Shown: one piece after another, positions 27,149-37,674 of the stretch
Layout of the letters: each line of letters starts with the position of its first letter
Position numbering within the stretch: position 1 is the stretch's first letter
From: Nitrospiraceae bacterium
GTDB taxonomy: Bacteria; Nitrospirota; Nitrospiria; Nitrospirales; UBA2166
DNA length: 64,000 nt
Assembly (NCBI GenBank): GCA_002726235.1
Contig: PBSN01000008.1
Coordinates: forward strand, 386,635 to 450,634
Direction of reading: 5' to 3'
Translations under genes and position numbers: made by a program
The notes under the pieces: model-generated
What the model was told of the DNA's origin: nothing
Databases searched by the model: none
Seen by the model: only the letters and a program-made list of their open reading frames with translations

Positions 27149-28024
27149 TTACAGATCATGATATCCAAACCACGCGGCAGAAGCAGCACACATCGATTCG
27201 ATACACTTTTTCTCTTCTATGCTCATCGCGCAACGCTCCTCCTCATTATTCCGGCTCACCAACGGTTTAACCGATCCAATCATCTGGTCTGGAAAAAACT
27301 GCTGGTAGATCCGCTGCAAATGAGGAAGAGGATCGACAATCAAATCTTCATATCTGATGATCGTATCGAAATCCGCACACATGATAATCTCTGTCGCCAA
27401 ATAGTTCCATAGGCCAGCTCGTCTGGTCGACTCATCTGCAACTGCAGCTAGCTTAAGCAGAATAGCCCTCTGTCGTTCATCGGCAAATTTAAACACCGCT
27501 GAATTGAGAATAGTCGCATGTCGAAGATGAGAAAAGGTCTTCTTCCAGGACCCAATGGTGTAATAGGGATGTCTCACCAGGATCACTATTTTCGCTCCTG
27601 GAAATACCCTGCGGATAGTCATCAATTGCGTCAAGTATGCGAGAGGGTTCTTCGTTCCTAACACAAAATCTTCGCGGGTTACCAGTGGGCGGTATAAACG
27701 ACGCTCCCCGTCATTCCAAGTATCGGAGACAACCATATTATCCACACACTGATTTTCAATCGCCTCGCCATTGGCGATCTTCGTTCGCCATGTCTTATAT
27801 GAAGAAAAAAATCCTTCTAATGATGGGGTTTCAAATAAAAAGGGAAGTTCACGAGGCTCGTTAAGAATGGCGAGATTTGGGAGATGATCGAGTAGATGTG
27901 CCAGTAAACTGGTCCCACTGCGTGGGATACCCGTAATAAAGAGCATTCGCTCAGATTCCTGAACAGTGAGGGTGAACGGTGGTGATGGATGCTGTTGACT
28001 CATGACATGTCTGGTAGACATCAC
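27149..28024 (-). CDS. Sulfotransferase family protein
   Basis: ITGIPRSGTS, LNEP, LVRHPYYTIGS, IRYEDL. Confidence 0.85.
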   Translation of the reverse strand: MMSTRHVMSQQHPSPPFTLTVQESERMLFITGIPRSGTSLLAHLLDHLPNLAILNEPRELPFLFETPSLEGFFSSYKTWRTKIANGEAIENQCVDNMVVSDTWNDGERRLYRPLVTREDFVLGTKNPLAYLTQLMTIRRVFPGAKIVILVRHPYYTIGSWKKTFSHLRHATILNSAVFKFADERQRAILLKLAAVADESTRRAGLWNYLATEIIMCADFDTIIRYEDLIVDPLPHLQRIYQQFFPDQMIGSVKPLVSRNNEEERCAMSIEEKKCIESMCAASAAWFGYHDL

Positions 28025-28884
28025 GCTTCTTGCTCTACTTGTCTACCCTTCCCCCTCGCATAGCGACCGTTTTGAAAAGCCAGAATATGTGGCGCATGCC
28101 GCTCGATTATCTGCCACACTCGTTCCGCTTCAGAATGATCGTAGTACATACTCGAATTCCTTGATTTAAGTTTGGATACCGGTCTAGATATCTTGAATCC
28201 AATTGCTGCCACTGCGTTATCAGGATCAGTCATGAGGTCCTCGTAACATATGATCGCGTGAGCAGAAAGATGTGACATGACACGTCCGAAAATCCAATTG
28301 AGGATCTTCACCTGCCTCACGAGAAGATCCGGTTCATTGACTAGAATCCGCAGTTCGGACGAAATCCGTTCTGCAGAATGCAAATGGCCGCGTGAAATCG
28401 GAAGATCGAGAGATCTCCAGGAAAGTATCGTTGATACTGGATCACGTAGCATAGCAAGCACTGAAATATCTTCACGTGCGACAAGACGATCGATCACGGC
28501 AACCAGCGGCGCATTGCGTTTTACCAAAAGCTGGAACCGAGACTCTGGAATAGGGAGCAATTGCGTTTGCCATTGAAATCCCGACTCTACAACCCAACCA
28601 TCGGCGCTGTGTTCATGGCGAACAGCGTAATTCTCTGCAAGAGCTCCGGTATGCGGATCGATACGATTTTCAATTGGCGTTCCACGCAAAATGTCTTCAC
28701 GGATTTTCGCAATAAACGCGACCAAGCCAGCGACAAACTCCTCTGGTGCGCTTGACTGTTCAGTCAGTGCATCAATCTTCCGCGGTTCACTCAAACAGAT
28801 AACATCAGGCGGATTATGCAACAAGCTTGTCAGGAGTGAAGTACCGCTTCGCGGTGCACCCAAAAGAATGACGTTGTTTTTCAC
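28021..28884 (-). CDS. Sulfotransferase family protein
   Basis: LGAPRSGTS, LSEP, LRDPVSTILS, CYEDL; 4-nt overlap with the downstream gene. Confidence 0.85.
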   Translation of the reverse strand: MKNNVILLGAPRSGTSLLTSLLHNPPDVICLSEPRKIDALTEQSSAPEEFVAGLVAFIAKIREDILRGTPIENRIDPHTGALAENYAVRHEHSADGWVVESGFQWQTQLLPIPESRFQLLVKRNAPLVAVIDRLVAREDISVLAMLRDPVSTILSWRSLDLPISRGHLHSAERISSELRILVNEPDLLVRQVKILNWIFGRVMSHLSAHAIICYEDLMTDPDNAVAAIGFKISRPVSKLKSRNSSMYYDHSEAERVWQIIERHAPHILAFQNGRYARGKGRQVEQEA

Positions 28885-29096
28885 AGTCTAGCCATGGCTC
28901 CCTTAAAAAGGTTTTGGCAGTCGTTGGAAGTACCAATCAATTCTGCATTATATACATGTATACATGCCTCAGCATGAATCCACGGCAGAAACATGTCGTC
29001 CATACCAAAAACCATGTCTATCTTCTCGTTCTAAGTCAATCCTTCCGAAGATTCGTGATACACTTGATACTCACTGTCTGTCTCGACTTTGTAACA

Positions 29097-29882
29097 ATGG
29101 CGTTCAAAAAGCTTTTCACACGGTTCTCACGACACAATACTGGCGATGTTTTCGTGTTCGATCAATCAGCATTATCAGCACTCGCCCACACGCACAAAAG
29201 CGCCTACGCCGAGGCAAAACCATTTCCTCACGTGGTGATCAATGATTTCTTACCGCCCTGTGTGGCAAACCGCGCTCTTGAGGAATTCCCTCCCCCCGAC
29301 GCTCCACTTTGGCTTGATTGGAGGAAACGTGACACAGTACACCAGCCGAAGAAACTCGGAATCGGTTCCGCAAAACGCCTAGCACAAGCATCTCCATCCC
29401 TACAACATATTCTATTCACATTGAATTCACACACCATGCTCGAATTCCTGGAGGACCTGACTGACATTCATGGCCTCATCCCAGACCCTCACTTTACTGG
29501 AGGAGGCCTACATCAAATTCTATCTGGGGGCAAGCTTGCGATTCACAGCGATTTTAATTTTGACCGCCGCCTAAAGCTCTATCGGCGAATTAATGTCCTG
29601 ATTTTTCTGAATAAAGATTGGAAGGAAGAATACGGAGGGCACTTAGAGCTTTGGGATCCTGCCATGACACACTGCATACGACGCGTCTTGCCCACATTTA
29701 ATCGATGCGTTATTTTCAACACCAATAAGGATTCTTGCCACGGTCATCCGGAACCGCTGAATACACCGAATGATATCACGCGAAAATCACTTGCCCTCTA
29801 TTATTACTCACGCGATTCCAACGAAGGTGATAACAGTATACGAAGTACAGATTGGCGCATTCGGCCAGGAGAAAATGGGTAA
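29097..29882 (+). CDS. 2OG-Fe(II) oxygenase (prolyl-hydroxylase-like)
   Basis: PFPHVVINDFL, GGGLHQ, LAIHSDFN (HxD), GGHLELW, HGHP (distal His), RKSLALYYY. Start taken at ATG 29097 rather than 28914. Confidence 0.87.
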   Translation: MAFKKLFTRFSRHNTGDVFVFDQSALSALAHTHKSAYAEAKPFPHVVINDFLPPCVANRALEEFPPPDAPLWLDWRKRDTVHQPKKLGIGSAKRLAQASPSLQHILFTLNSHTMLEFLEDLTDIHGLIPDPHFTGGGLHQILSGGKLAIHSDFNFDRRLKLYRRINVLIFLNKDWKEEYGGHLELWDPAMTHCIRRVLPTFNRCVIFNTNKDSCHGHPEPLNTPNDITRKSLALYYYSRDSNEGDNSIRSTDWRIRPGENG

Positions 29883-30083
29883 CCACGCATGACAGGTATC
29901 GGACCTCATGACTAAACTGTCTGAGTCACACTCAGGGCTTGTGCAAGAATAATTTCATATTCCACAGCACCAATCCATACCAGTTGGCAACGTTGCTCAT
30001 TATCATTTATGTACCTCCCAGGATTCTCGCTCGTCGCATTCTGCCAAGTGGAACCTCAACGCCTTTAATCTTGGAATTCATTT

Positions 30084-31244
30084 TTGCGCGAACTCTATAA
30101 ACATGCTCGCACTTGGCTGCGAGATGTGAGTCGCCAGTCAAGACGTCGCCTGCATACACAAACTCGTACAGCATTACGCTTACGAAAACACGGTCTGCCC
30201 ATGAGTTCAATGCTATTCGTGATGCCAACGTCAGCGGTTGGAGGAGGAAATGTGAAAATTATCCATTATCTTTCACATGCCCGCTCGCTTGGTCTTCGCG
30301 TGGGTTTGTGGGTGACTCAGGATAACGATCCCATCAATTGGTCTCCTCAATCAGTCGCAGACATTCACATCCGAACCCCAGAAACCCTAAAAGAATGGGA
30401 CACAATTTTTTTCACCTGGGCTCCAGATTGGCCAAAGATTTCAGAACGGCTGACATCTCCGCTGTCCGAACAACACATCATTCATATCATCCAACATATT
30501 CGACATATCAATCCCGATTTCCTTAATGGATACGCACTTCATTTGCTGCAGACAAAAGCCTTTTCTCGCATCTGTGTCTCGCCGGAAGTAGCAGAGACAA
30601 TTACCCCATACGTAAAAAACACTGCACTTATGAAAACGATTCCGAATGTGATAGATACCCGCCTGTTTCACCCAACCTTTCGCTGGATTACGCCATCGCG
30701 GCCATTAAAGGTGCTATATGCAAACTGGAAAACCACTTTTGGTAATCGGATCCGCGATTACTGGCAATCTACGCACGCACGGGATACCATTATCTTTGAA
30801 TCAATTGATCATCCTCTTTCGCAGCAAGCGTTTGCCCATCGAATGCGGGCTGCAGATATTTTTATCGGGACCCCGAACAAAACAGAAGGCTTTTACCTCG
30901 CGCCATTAGAAGCCATGGCAAGCGCAGTTGCAGTCATCTGTCCCGACGTTATCGGAAACCGTTCATTTTGCCTACGGAATGTGACTTGTTTGATGCCAGT
31001 CTACGATGATCTGGACGGGCACGTCAGCACATTGCGCCAATTCCTCGATGATCCAAACTTACGACACACCATTGCGCGTAACGGTTACCAAAAAGCACGT
31101 TCGCGTCAGTGGTGGGATGAACGCGGCGATTTTCTTTGTTTTCTACAGCGTCTGACCCCAATTTCCAGCACAACTTCCCATTGTGATGAGAATGTGGCCA
31201 CGACAGTTACATCACACGAGACGATGGCAAATCTGCGGGATTAA
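30084..31244 (+). CDS. Glycosyltransferase family 4
   Basis: GGGNVKI, IPNVIDTRLF, EGFYLAPLEAMAS (ExF..E). Start may be 30201. Confidence 0.85.
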   Translation: MRELYKHARTWLRDVSRQSRRRLHTQTRTALRLRKHGLPMSSMLFVMPTSAVGGGNVKIIHYLSHARSLGLRVGLWVTQDNDPINWSPQSVADIHIRTPETLKEWDTIFFTWAPDWPKISERLTSPLSEQHIIHIIQHIRHINPDFLNGYALHLLQTKAFSRICVSPEVAETITPYVKNTALMKTIPNVIDTRLFHPTFRWITPSRPLKVLYANWKTTFGNRIRDYWQSTHARDTIIFESIDHPLSQQAFAHRMRAADIFIGTPNKTEGFYLAPLEAMASAVAVICPDVIGNRSFCLRNVTCLMPVYDDLDGHVSTLRQFLDDPNLRHTIARNGYQKARSRQWWDERGDFLCFLQRLTPISSTTSHCDENVATTVTSHETMANLRD

Positions 31245-32523
31245 GAATCCGCTGTAATCCGAAAAATAACCCAGCCAACATCCAAAACAGCACCGCTAAC
31301 ATCCCAAGAAACATCACATCAAATGTGATCCTGATTATCATGCCCACGGTCATCAAAAGAAGTCCAAGCGCAAGCATTCGCTGAAATTCAGATGACCCAC
31401 TCAGAAATCCAGTCCAGAAGGTGCGTAGAATGCGAAGCAGTAGCCATAAAAAAAAGCACAGAGCGGGAATGCCAGCACCAAACGCAAAATCCCCATAACT
31501 GCTATGAATATTATGAAGTTGTGGGGGACATCGCGATATGTGAATATCATGGTACTTTCGAGCGAACGTCTTCGTTCCATATCCCCATCCGGCGATCGGG
31601 CGCTCAATCACATCTTTGATGCCGAGTTCCCAAATATGAATTCGGCACCATAGTGTGCTTAAGTTCATCGTGTCTCCTTCAGCCTCCATACTTCCATGTT
31701 TCTCCGATGCATTCTTTGGCTCATTCTGCATGATCGCAACAATCAATGTACCCAACGCAAACACGAGCATCCCAGCAAGGACAATCTTCATCACGTTCGG
31801 CCCTTTCAGTGTGACAAGCACACAAGCTTGAACGGCGACGGCAATCCACGCACCACGCGTATATGTGAGGAACAGGGCGAATGTTGCGACAACCAACGTC
31901 ACCACAAGCACAAAACGCCATTCCCGATGATTTGTTGACAATGCCCATACCATAACAATTGGCAACCCCATCATGAGGTAGGTGCTGAACCAATGATACT
32001 CTGAAGTCAGAGCATCCGCACGAAGCGTGCGTTGATGCCATTGCTCCACGAGTGACCCATTGGCAAGAAAGAATTCGACAATGCCGTAGATACTCATCAG
32101 AAACATACCGACGACAAACGCTCCAAGGATCCGCTTAACCTGCACTTCTTCTGAAATAAAGTTCACCATTAGAAAAAACATCAGTATATGGGCAAACAGC
32201 TTTCGCCATTCAGAAAAACTATACGCAAAGTCGGTTGCACTGAACACAGAGATGAGAACCCATCCAAGAAGAAGAAGGATCGGAAAATCTAACGACGTCC
32301 GGGCCAATCGCCGATTACGACTCGCGATCTGACGCGTCAGCACAACAATCGCAAGCGTGATGAAAAGATATTCCAGCAGGTGATTGAGGTCAGCAACAAG
32401 AATTGCCGCAGCGATAACCATGAGGCCACACTCGACCCCTCGGTCCAGAAGCCTATCGGTCTGAAAGCAAACCTGCCGCGAAAAGGCAGACGCTGTCCAG
32501 CTATTCTGATTCTTTTCGCTCAA
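31207..32523 (-). CDS. waaL: O-antigen ligase family protein
   Basis: Multi-TM; TYTRGAWIA, R..IW..G....ERPIAGWGYG, HNIHS motif. Confidence 0.8.
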   Translation of the reverse strand: MSEKNQNSWTASAFSRQVCFQTDRLLDRGVECGLMVIAAAILVADLNHLLEYLFITLAIVVLTRQIASRNRRLARTSLDFPILLLLGWVLISVFSATDFAYSFSEWRKLFAHILMFFLMVNFISEEVQVKRILGAFVVGMFLMSIYGIVEFFLANGSLVEQWHQRTLRADALTSEYHWFSTYLMMGLPIVMVWALSTNHREWRFVLVVTLVVATFALFLTYTRGAWIAVAVQACVLVTLKGPNVMKIVLAGMLVFALGTLIVAIMQNEPKNASEKHGSMEAEGDTMNLSTLWCRIHIWELGIKDVIERPIAGWGYGTKTFARKYHDIHISRCPPQLHNIHSSYGDFAFGAGIPALCFFLWLLLRILRTFWTGFLSGSSEFQRMLALGLLLMTVGMIIRITFDVMFLGMLAVLFWMLAGLFFGLQRILNPADLPSSRVM

Positions 32524-32583
32524 CAGACCCCACTTTCCATCGCAATGAACTTCTAGTCTAACTGGCTCCTATAGCACTGAAGT

Positions 32584-33090
32584 TCATCTCCTCTGAAGCT
32601 GGAGAATCACGTCACTCATCTCCCGAACGGCTCCTGCGCCGCCATTGCGTTCACAAATAAAATCAACAACCTCCTTGACCACAGACACGGCATCCGCAGG
32701 AGCGACGGAGAACCCAACATGTTTAAGCGCATCGAGATCATTGACATCATCACCGATAAAAGCAACATCATGCATGCCCAAGTTATACTTTACACAGAGT
32801 TCAGAGAGAACATTCTTTTTTTCGAAGGTCCCTTGGTGGATCTCCGGCACCTTGAGTCGATCGCCTCGTCGCTGAACGAGATTGGTCTGTTCCGAAGTTA
32901 CAAATGCAGTGATGATTCCAGCAGCTTGTAACAACTTGATCCCCATTCCATCTCGGCTATGAAACTTTTTCATCTCATCCCCTGAGTCCGAATAGTACAT
33001 TCCCCCATCCGTTAGGACCCCATCTACATCCATCGCGACAAGTCTGACTCGGCGAATCTTTGTCTGCAGATCAGCAGTCAGCTCTCGCAT
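32584..33090 (-). CDS. kdsC: 3-deoxy-D-manno-octulosonate 8-phosphate phosphatase
   Basis: MDVDGVLTDG, RDGMGI, FIGDDVND, GGAGAVRE. Confidence 0.92.
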   Translation of the reverse strand: MRELTADLQTKIRRVRLVAMDVDGVLTDGGMYYSDSGDEMKKFHSRDGMGIKLLQAAGIITAFVTSEQTNLVQRRGDRLKVPEIHQGTFEKKNVLSELCVKYNLGMHDVAFIGDDVNDLDALKHVGFSVAPADAVSVVKEVVDFICERNGGAGAVREMSDVILQLQRR

Positions 33091-34139
33091 GCGGTAAATT
33101 GTCCCTTCTCGTTTTTTGTCATTAGCAAGTCGTTAATCGCGTCCACCACTTCGTCAACAGAAATCTGCGCCATGCAACTCTGCGAACCTAAACGACAACC
33201 GGGCACAAAACATGATCGGCAGTCAAAATTCTTGAAGAATACTCGATGTCTCGCACCCCATGGCCCCCATACTTTCGGATTCGTTGGGCCGAACAACGCA
33301 ACAACAGAACACCCCATCGCAACCGCCATATGCATTGGACCATTATCATTTCCAATAAATAGAGCACATCGCTTCATGACTGCAGCAAGCTGAAGCACCG
33401 TTGTTTGTCCTACAATTGACACAGATGTCGTCAACATCTTCTCTTGTATGCTCTGAACCCGAGTACGCTCCTTTTCACTTCCGGCAAATACAATGCGAGT
33501 AGATCTCGAACTCTGAACGGTGTCAGCGACTGCAGCAAAGCGATTCAGCAACCACGACTTGGCTTCCCAACGAGACCCTGGATGAACCATTACCAATTGC
33601 TCCTCACGATTGATGCCGTGATTGAGCAAAAGCTCATTAGCATATTCTTCATCATTAGGCCCCAAAAAAAGCGTTGGAGCCTGCACCATCACATTGAGAC
33701 CAATTTCCTTTACAGCATGCAAGTGATAATCCACGGAGTGCATCTTATCTGGGTCAGCATCGATGATCTGATCATAACAACGTCCTCTCCAGCGATGCTC
33801 AGCATTGTAACCAACACGATATCGTGCGTTCATAAGCCAGGTTATAATTGCTGCCCTGTCCCCATCGGTCAAATCGAGCACAAGGTCATACCGAGACTTC
33901 CGTAAGCACATAACTGCCCGACAACTTTCAATAAAATAACGTCGATCAATCGCGACAAGGTGATCCACAGAGGGGTGATTCTGTAGGATAGACTCGGTGC
34001 CCTTATTGACCATAACTGTCACGTTAGCGTGTGGCAGATTTTTCTTGATAGCCTGCAAACACGGCGTCATAAGCAGCACATCCCCTAAATACCTCAATTT
34101 AATGATAAGAACATCTTTAATGGTCAAGGGATCAATCAT
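33078..34139 (-). CDS. GT9 LPS heptosyltransferase (RfaQ/heptosyltransferase III-like)
   Basis: IKLRYLGDVLL, HPGSRWEAKSW, IGNDNGPMHMA, ALFGPT. Confidence 0.85.
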   Translation of the reverse strand: MIDPLTIKDVLIIKLRYLGDVLLMTPCLQAIKKNLPHANVTVMVNKGTESILQNHPSVDHLVAIDRRYFIESCRAVMCLRKSRYDLVLDLTDGDRAAIITWLMNARYRVGYNAEHRWRGRCYDQIIDADPDKMHSVDYHLHAVKEIGLNVMVQAPTLFLGPNDEEYANELLLNHGINREEQLVMVHPGSRWEAKSWLLNRFAAVADTVQSSRSTRIVFAGSEKERTRVQSIQEKMLTTSVSIVGQTTVLQLAAVMKRCALFIGNDNGPMHMAVAMGCSVVALFGPTNPKVWGPWGARHRVFFKNFDCRSCFVPGCRLGSQSCMAQISVDEVVDAINDLLMTKNEKGQFTACES

Positions 34140-34145
34140 ATGCTT

Positions 34146-35240
34146 TCAAAACACACCAGTGTATACCGCAAGGGTATTGCGCGCGGTCTGCTCCCAAGAA
34201 AACTCTTTTACTCGAGATAGCCCTTTCTGCCTAAGGCTCTCTCCGATACTAGCGTCGTTAAGAATGGCTTTTATCGATTGAGCCAATGTGGCCGGCTGCA
34301 ACGGATCCACCAGAACTGCCGCATCGCCGACGACTTCGGGGAGAGAAGATGTGTTGGATGTGATGACCGGAATTCCACTTGCCATTGCTTCCAATGGTGG
34401 AATTCCGAACCCCTCGTAGAGTGACGGATAGACAAAGAGTGAGGCGTGTCTATAGAAAGCAGCGAGATGCTCCTGTGCAACATAGCCAGTGATTACCACA
34501 TCGTTAGTTAAGTCAAGCTGACGCATCTTCTGTGCAATTTGCTCCATCCACCTTCCCATTCCACCAACAAGAACAAGTTGGTAGCGCCGTCGAAGATCTC
34601 CAAGCATGGAATAGGCCTCCAAGAGGCCCGAAATGTTTTTCCGCGGCCCCCCCCCCCCAACATGCAAAATATATCCGCCACCGTGAAGCCCATAACGCTG
34701 CTTTAGAAACTCCAGCGTAATATCCGTATGATCAACATTCCTTGCGAGTGAGCCTCCATGATGGACAACATTTATCCGCTCCAATGGAATTCGATAATAG
34801 TCATGAAGATCCTGAGCGGTCTGGTGAGACACCGCAATAATACGATCTGCCCTCGCAAACGCCCGACTAGACCGCCACGAAGCCCATCGTTGTCCGAATA
34901 TTTTTTTAGAATGCTGCGGAAATCTCTCGAGAGCAAGATCGTGCACCGTGATTACACTTCTATATCTCCCGTAAGCCGCCAGTCGATAATTCGTTCCATG
35001 AAATACCTCGATAGCATCTCGTCGCACTTGGCGCCTCATACACCACTTTGGAACCTCCACAGACGAGAAGTTATGTTGATTGATAGATGGATCAATAGGA
35101 AATTGCGACGAGGCGTCATGGTAAAGCACATAGGTGTTTTCATGATCAATGCGCGCAAGAGAAGTCGTAAGATGATAAGCATACCAGCCGATTCCACCAC
35201 GTTCACGAAACATCGGGGTTGCATCGATCCCAATTCTCAT
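34146..35240 (-). CDS. Glycosyltransferase family 4 containing an in-frame G12 tract
   Basis: [45 protein letters not shown]. Confidence 0.9.
   Translation of the reverse strand: MRIGIDATPMFRERGGIGWYAYHLTTSLARIDHENTYVLYHDASSQFPIDPSINQHNFSSVEVPKWCMRRQVRRDAIEVFHGTNYRLAAYGRYRSVITVHDLALERFPQHSKKIFGQRWASWRSSRAFARADRIIAVSHQTAQDLHDYYRIPLERINVVHHGGSLARNVDHTDITLEFLKQRYGLHGGGYILHVGGGGPRKNISGLLEAYSMLGDLRRRYQLVLVGGMGRWMEQIAQKMRQLDLTNDVVITGYVAQEHLAAFYRHASLFVYPSLYEGFGIPPLEAMASGIPVITSNTSSLPEVVGDAAVLVDPLQPATLAQSIKAILNDASIGESLRQKGLSRVKEFSWEQTARNTLAVYTGVF
34647..34658 (-). repeat. Poly-G12 homopolymer (C12 on + strand) within the GT4 gene
   Basis: 12 consecutive C on +, read as four GGG codons on the coding strand. 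Confidence 0.9.
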
Positions 35241-36412
35241 ACGCTATCTGTCCAAACTCCAGTTCTTAGTGGCGCTTGACCTAGGAGTTCTGCATAGAGA
35301 TCTTCGAACTTCGCGATCTCGGTTTTAATTGAGAAACAGGACTCGACACGCTCACGACCGCGCTTCCCCATCGCCGCTGCCTGTTCAGGGTTTGCCAAGA
35401 GATGGGAAACTGTACGAGCCAATGCTAGCGAATCCTTAGCTTTAACCAACAATCCGGTTTGTCCATGAATGACGACCTCAGGGATCCCTCCAACGGATGT
35501 AGCAACCACTGGTTTATTCATCGCCATGGCCTCAAGAAGCGCGATCCCAAATCCCTCACTCGTCGATGCAAGAACAAACACATCCATCACTGAGATGAGC
35601 GGATACACATCGTCACAAAACCCGGTAAAGATGACATGGTCGCTTACGTTAAGTTCATGCACGAGAGCATACAACGTTCTAGCATATGCCCGATTTCCAT
35701 CACCGACAATCAAACAGAGAATAGATGGGATAACTGTTTTGATATGTGCAACGGCTCGAATCAAAAATTCATACCCCTTCACCGCAAGAAGATTTCCAAC
35801 TGCCCCAATCACAACACGTTCTGGAGCAATTTTGTAACGGGTTTGTATCAAGGCAACATCTTGATGGTCCTCGATTTGCGAGAGATCAATTCCACTATAC
35901 ACCAAGCGTATACGAGAAGGATTGACCCCTGCACCTTCCAGAGACCGTCCCACTGCTTTGGAGACCGGCACACATATTTGACCGGCCTTCAGGCGATATC
36001 GACTAATATGCCGCGGCGCGTAATCTGCTCTGACGTGCGTAATGCAGGGAATATCAGCCAGCCGTGCCGCGGCAAGACCGATTGGAGCCCACCAGAGATC
36101 GTTAATGTGCAACACATCGATCTTGTGATTCACTAGGATCCGAAACAAGCGATACATCGCAGGCAGAATCAGCGGAAAAGCCTTGATCTTTCTCCACGGC
36201 GGCATATTCATGCAGATGACGGGCACTCCAATTTTACGGACCAAAGACACCAACGGATCCTGACAGGGACACACCACAACCGGATCAAACCCACGCAACG
36301 CTTTGATAATCGCCAGAAGGTCTCGCTCAGCGCCACCAATAGAGGTAATGCCATGGAGGAAAAGAACTCGCCCAGAAGCAGAGGTAACCGTTGTTGAGCC
36401 AAGGGTCCTCAT
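35237..36412 (-). CDS. Glycosyltransferase family 4
   Basis: IGGAERDL, VGNLLAVKG, EGFGIALLEAMA. Start set at the ATGA overlap at 36412. Confidence 0.9.
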   Translation of the reverse strand: MRTLGSTTVTSASGRVLFLHGITSIGGAERDLLAIIKALRGFDPVVVCPCQDPLVSLVRKIGVPVICMNMPPWRKIKAFPLILPAMYRLFRILVNHKIDVLHINDLWWAPIGLAAARLADIPCITHVRADYAPRHISRYRLKAGQICVPVSKAVGRSLEGAGVNPSRIRLVYSGIDLSQIEDHQDVALIQTRYKIAPERVVIGAVGNLLAVKGYEFLIRAVAHIKTVIPSILCLIVGDGNRAYARTLYALVHELNVSDHVIFTGFCDDVYPLISVMDVFVLASTSEGFGIALLEAMAMNKPVVATSVGGIPEVVIHGQTGLLVKAKDSLALARTVSHLLANPEQAAAMGKRGRERVESCFSIKTEIAKFEDLYAELLGQAPLRTGVWTDSV

Positions 36413-37227
36413 AGGGGCTTCTGCGGCCGCCGTACCTTGCGAGAGGCTTCCCATGTTTTGGCGTACTTCAGAAAGGTATACATGGCAGAGAAGAGACTAT
36501 TGATGAAACCTACCACACCGTCCCGCACTCCTTGCTTCAGGAAAGAGACCTTACACAGGGTAAGCAGAGGATTAAATAGAAGGTGGTACCAGGACACAGA
36601 GGAAAATGTTTCCAATTTTCTTCTCGCTGCAAGCGTTGTGTACTCATCCATCTTTTTCAAATGATCCCCAATGCATCGTTCTGTATAGTGATCAAGAGGA
36701 TTACGTAACGTCCCAATGGACCCTTTTACGAGAAGATTTTCATGAATAAACACGTCGTTATAGAGGGCAGTCTCTTTCTTAAACAAGCGTATTTGATAAT
36801 CGGGATACATTCCTCCATAGCGAACCCAATGCCCCCAGAGAAAGTTACGCCGCGGGATACGGTAGGCAACAGTACCAAGACCTGGGTAACACAATAGATT
36901 CTGGATTTCGTGCTGTAAGGCAAGAGTCACACGTTCATCGGCATCAAGAATCAGAACCCAATCCGACGATGCCTGCGCGATCCCAAAATTCTTCTGCGGA
37001 CCAAATCCTGGCCAGGGTCGCGTAAAAACGCGAACCCCTGGATTCATTCCTCGCGCAATCTCCACGGTTTGATCGGAACTCTCCCCATCGACAAGAATAC
37101 GCTCATCGACCCATTGCACACTTTCAAGACAGTCCGTAATGTTTCGCGCTTCGTTCTTCGCAATCACGACAACTGAGATGGTCATACGACCAACTAGCTT
37201 TCCAGATGAAAGAAGTCGAACATCCAT
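36409..37227 (-). CDS. Glycosyltransferase family 2 (WaaE/KdtX-like beta-1,4-glucosyltransferase)
   Basis: ISVVVIAKNEA, GFGPQKN, LDADE, YPDYQIRL, HE. Start may be 37185. Confidence 0.88.
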   Translation of the reverse strand: MDVRLLSSGKLVGRMTISVVVIAKNEARNITDCLESVQWVDERILVDGESSDQTVEIARGMNPGVRVFTRPWPGFGPQKNFGIAQASSDWVLILDADERVTLALQHEIQNLLCYPGLGTVAYRIPRRNFLWGHWVRYGGMYPDYQIRLFKKETALYNDVFIHENLLVKGSIGTLRNPLDHYTERCIGDHLKKMDEYTTLAARRKLETFSSVSWYHLLFNPLLTLCKVSFLKQGVRDGVVGFINSLFSAMYTFLKYAKTWEASRKVRRPQKPL

Positions 37228-37674
37228 GTTTACGAAACACCGTCTGAAGTCGCTGGAAATATTTTCTTATACTGGAGAAGCCTCCTCACACAAAAGAGAT
37301 CGCTACAGTTTTCCATCAACGCCTTTTACATCTCGAGCAACCGCCAAACAGACTTCATCCTAAATATAGCGCCAAACCTAGTTTCTCACCTCAACGCAAA
37401 AGATGCGGGTCCACTGGAATATTGTGCCTTGCCGTGCATCGCACCTAATACTGTACATGTCCCAGGTTCCACAACATCAAACAAGTCATGAATGAATTTC
37501 CCCTTCAGACATCGACAAAACCACATGGTCATATCACGTGCCTTAAGTTAAAAATCAATCTGAAGGATTGGTGGAAGCGAATGCGTTAGCCATCCCAGTG
37601 ATAACCGTCAGACAGGTGATGGCTACAACATACATCGCGCCGTCTATCATCCTCAAGAAAGGCAAACCGTTTCA

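Noticed and set aside
37228..37674. About 450-nt gap between two GT2 genes as a pseudogene or IS scar
   Set aside because: No recognisable coding remnant, terminal inverted repeats or target-site duplication by eye.
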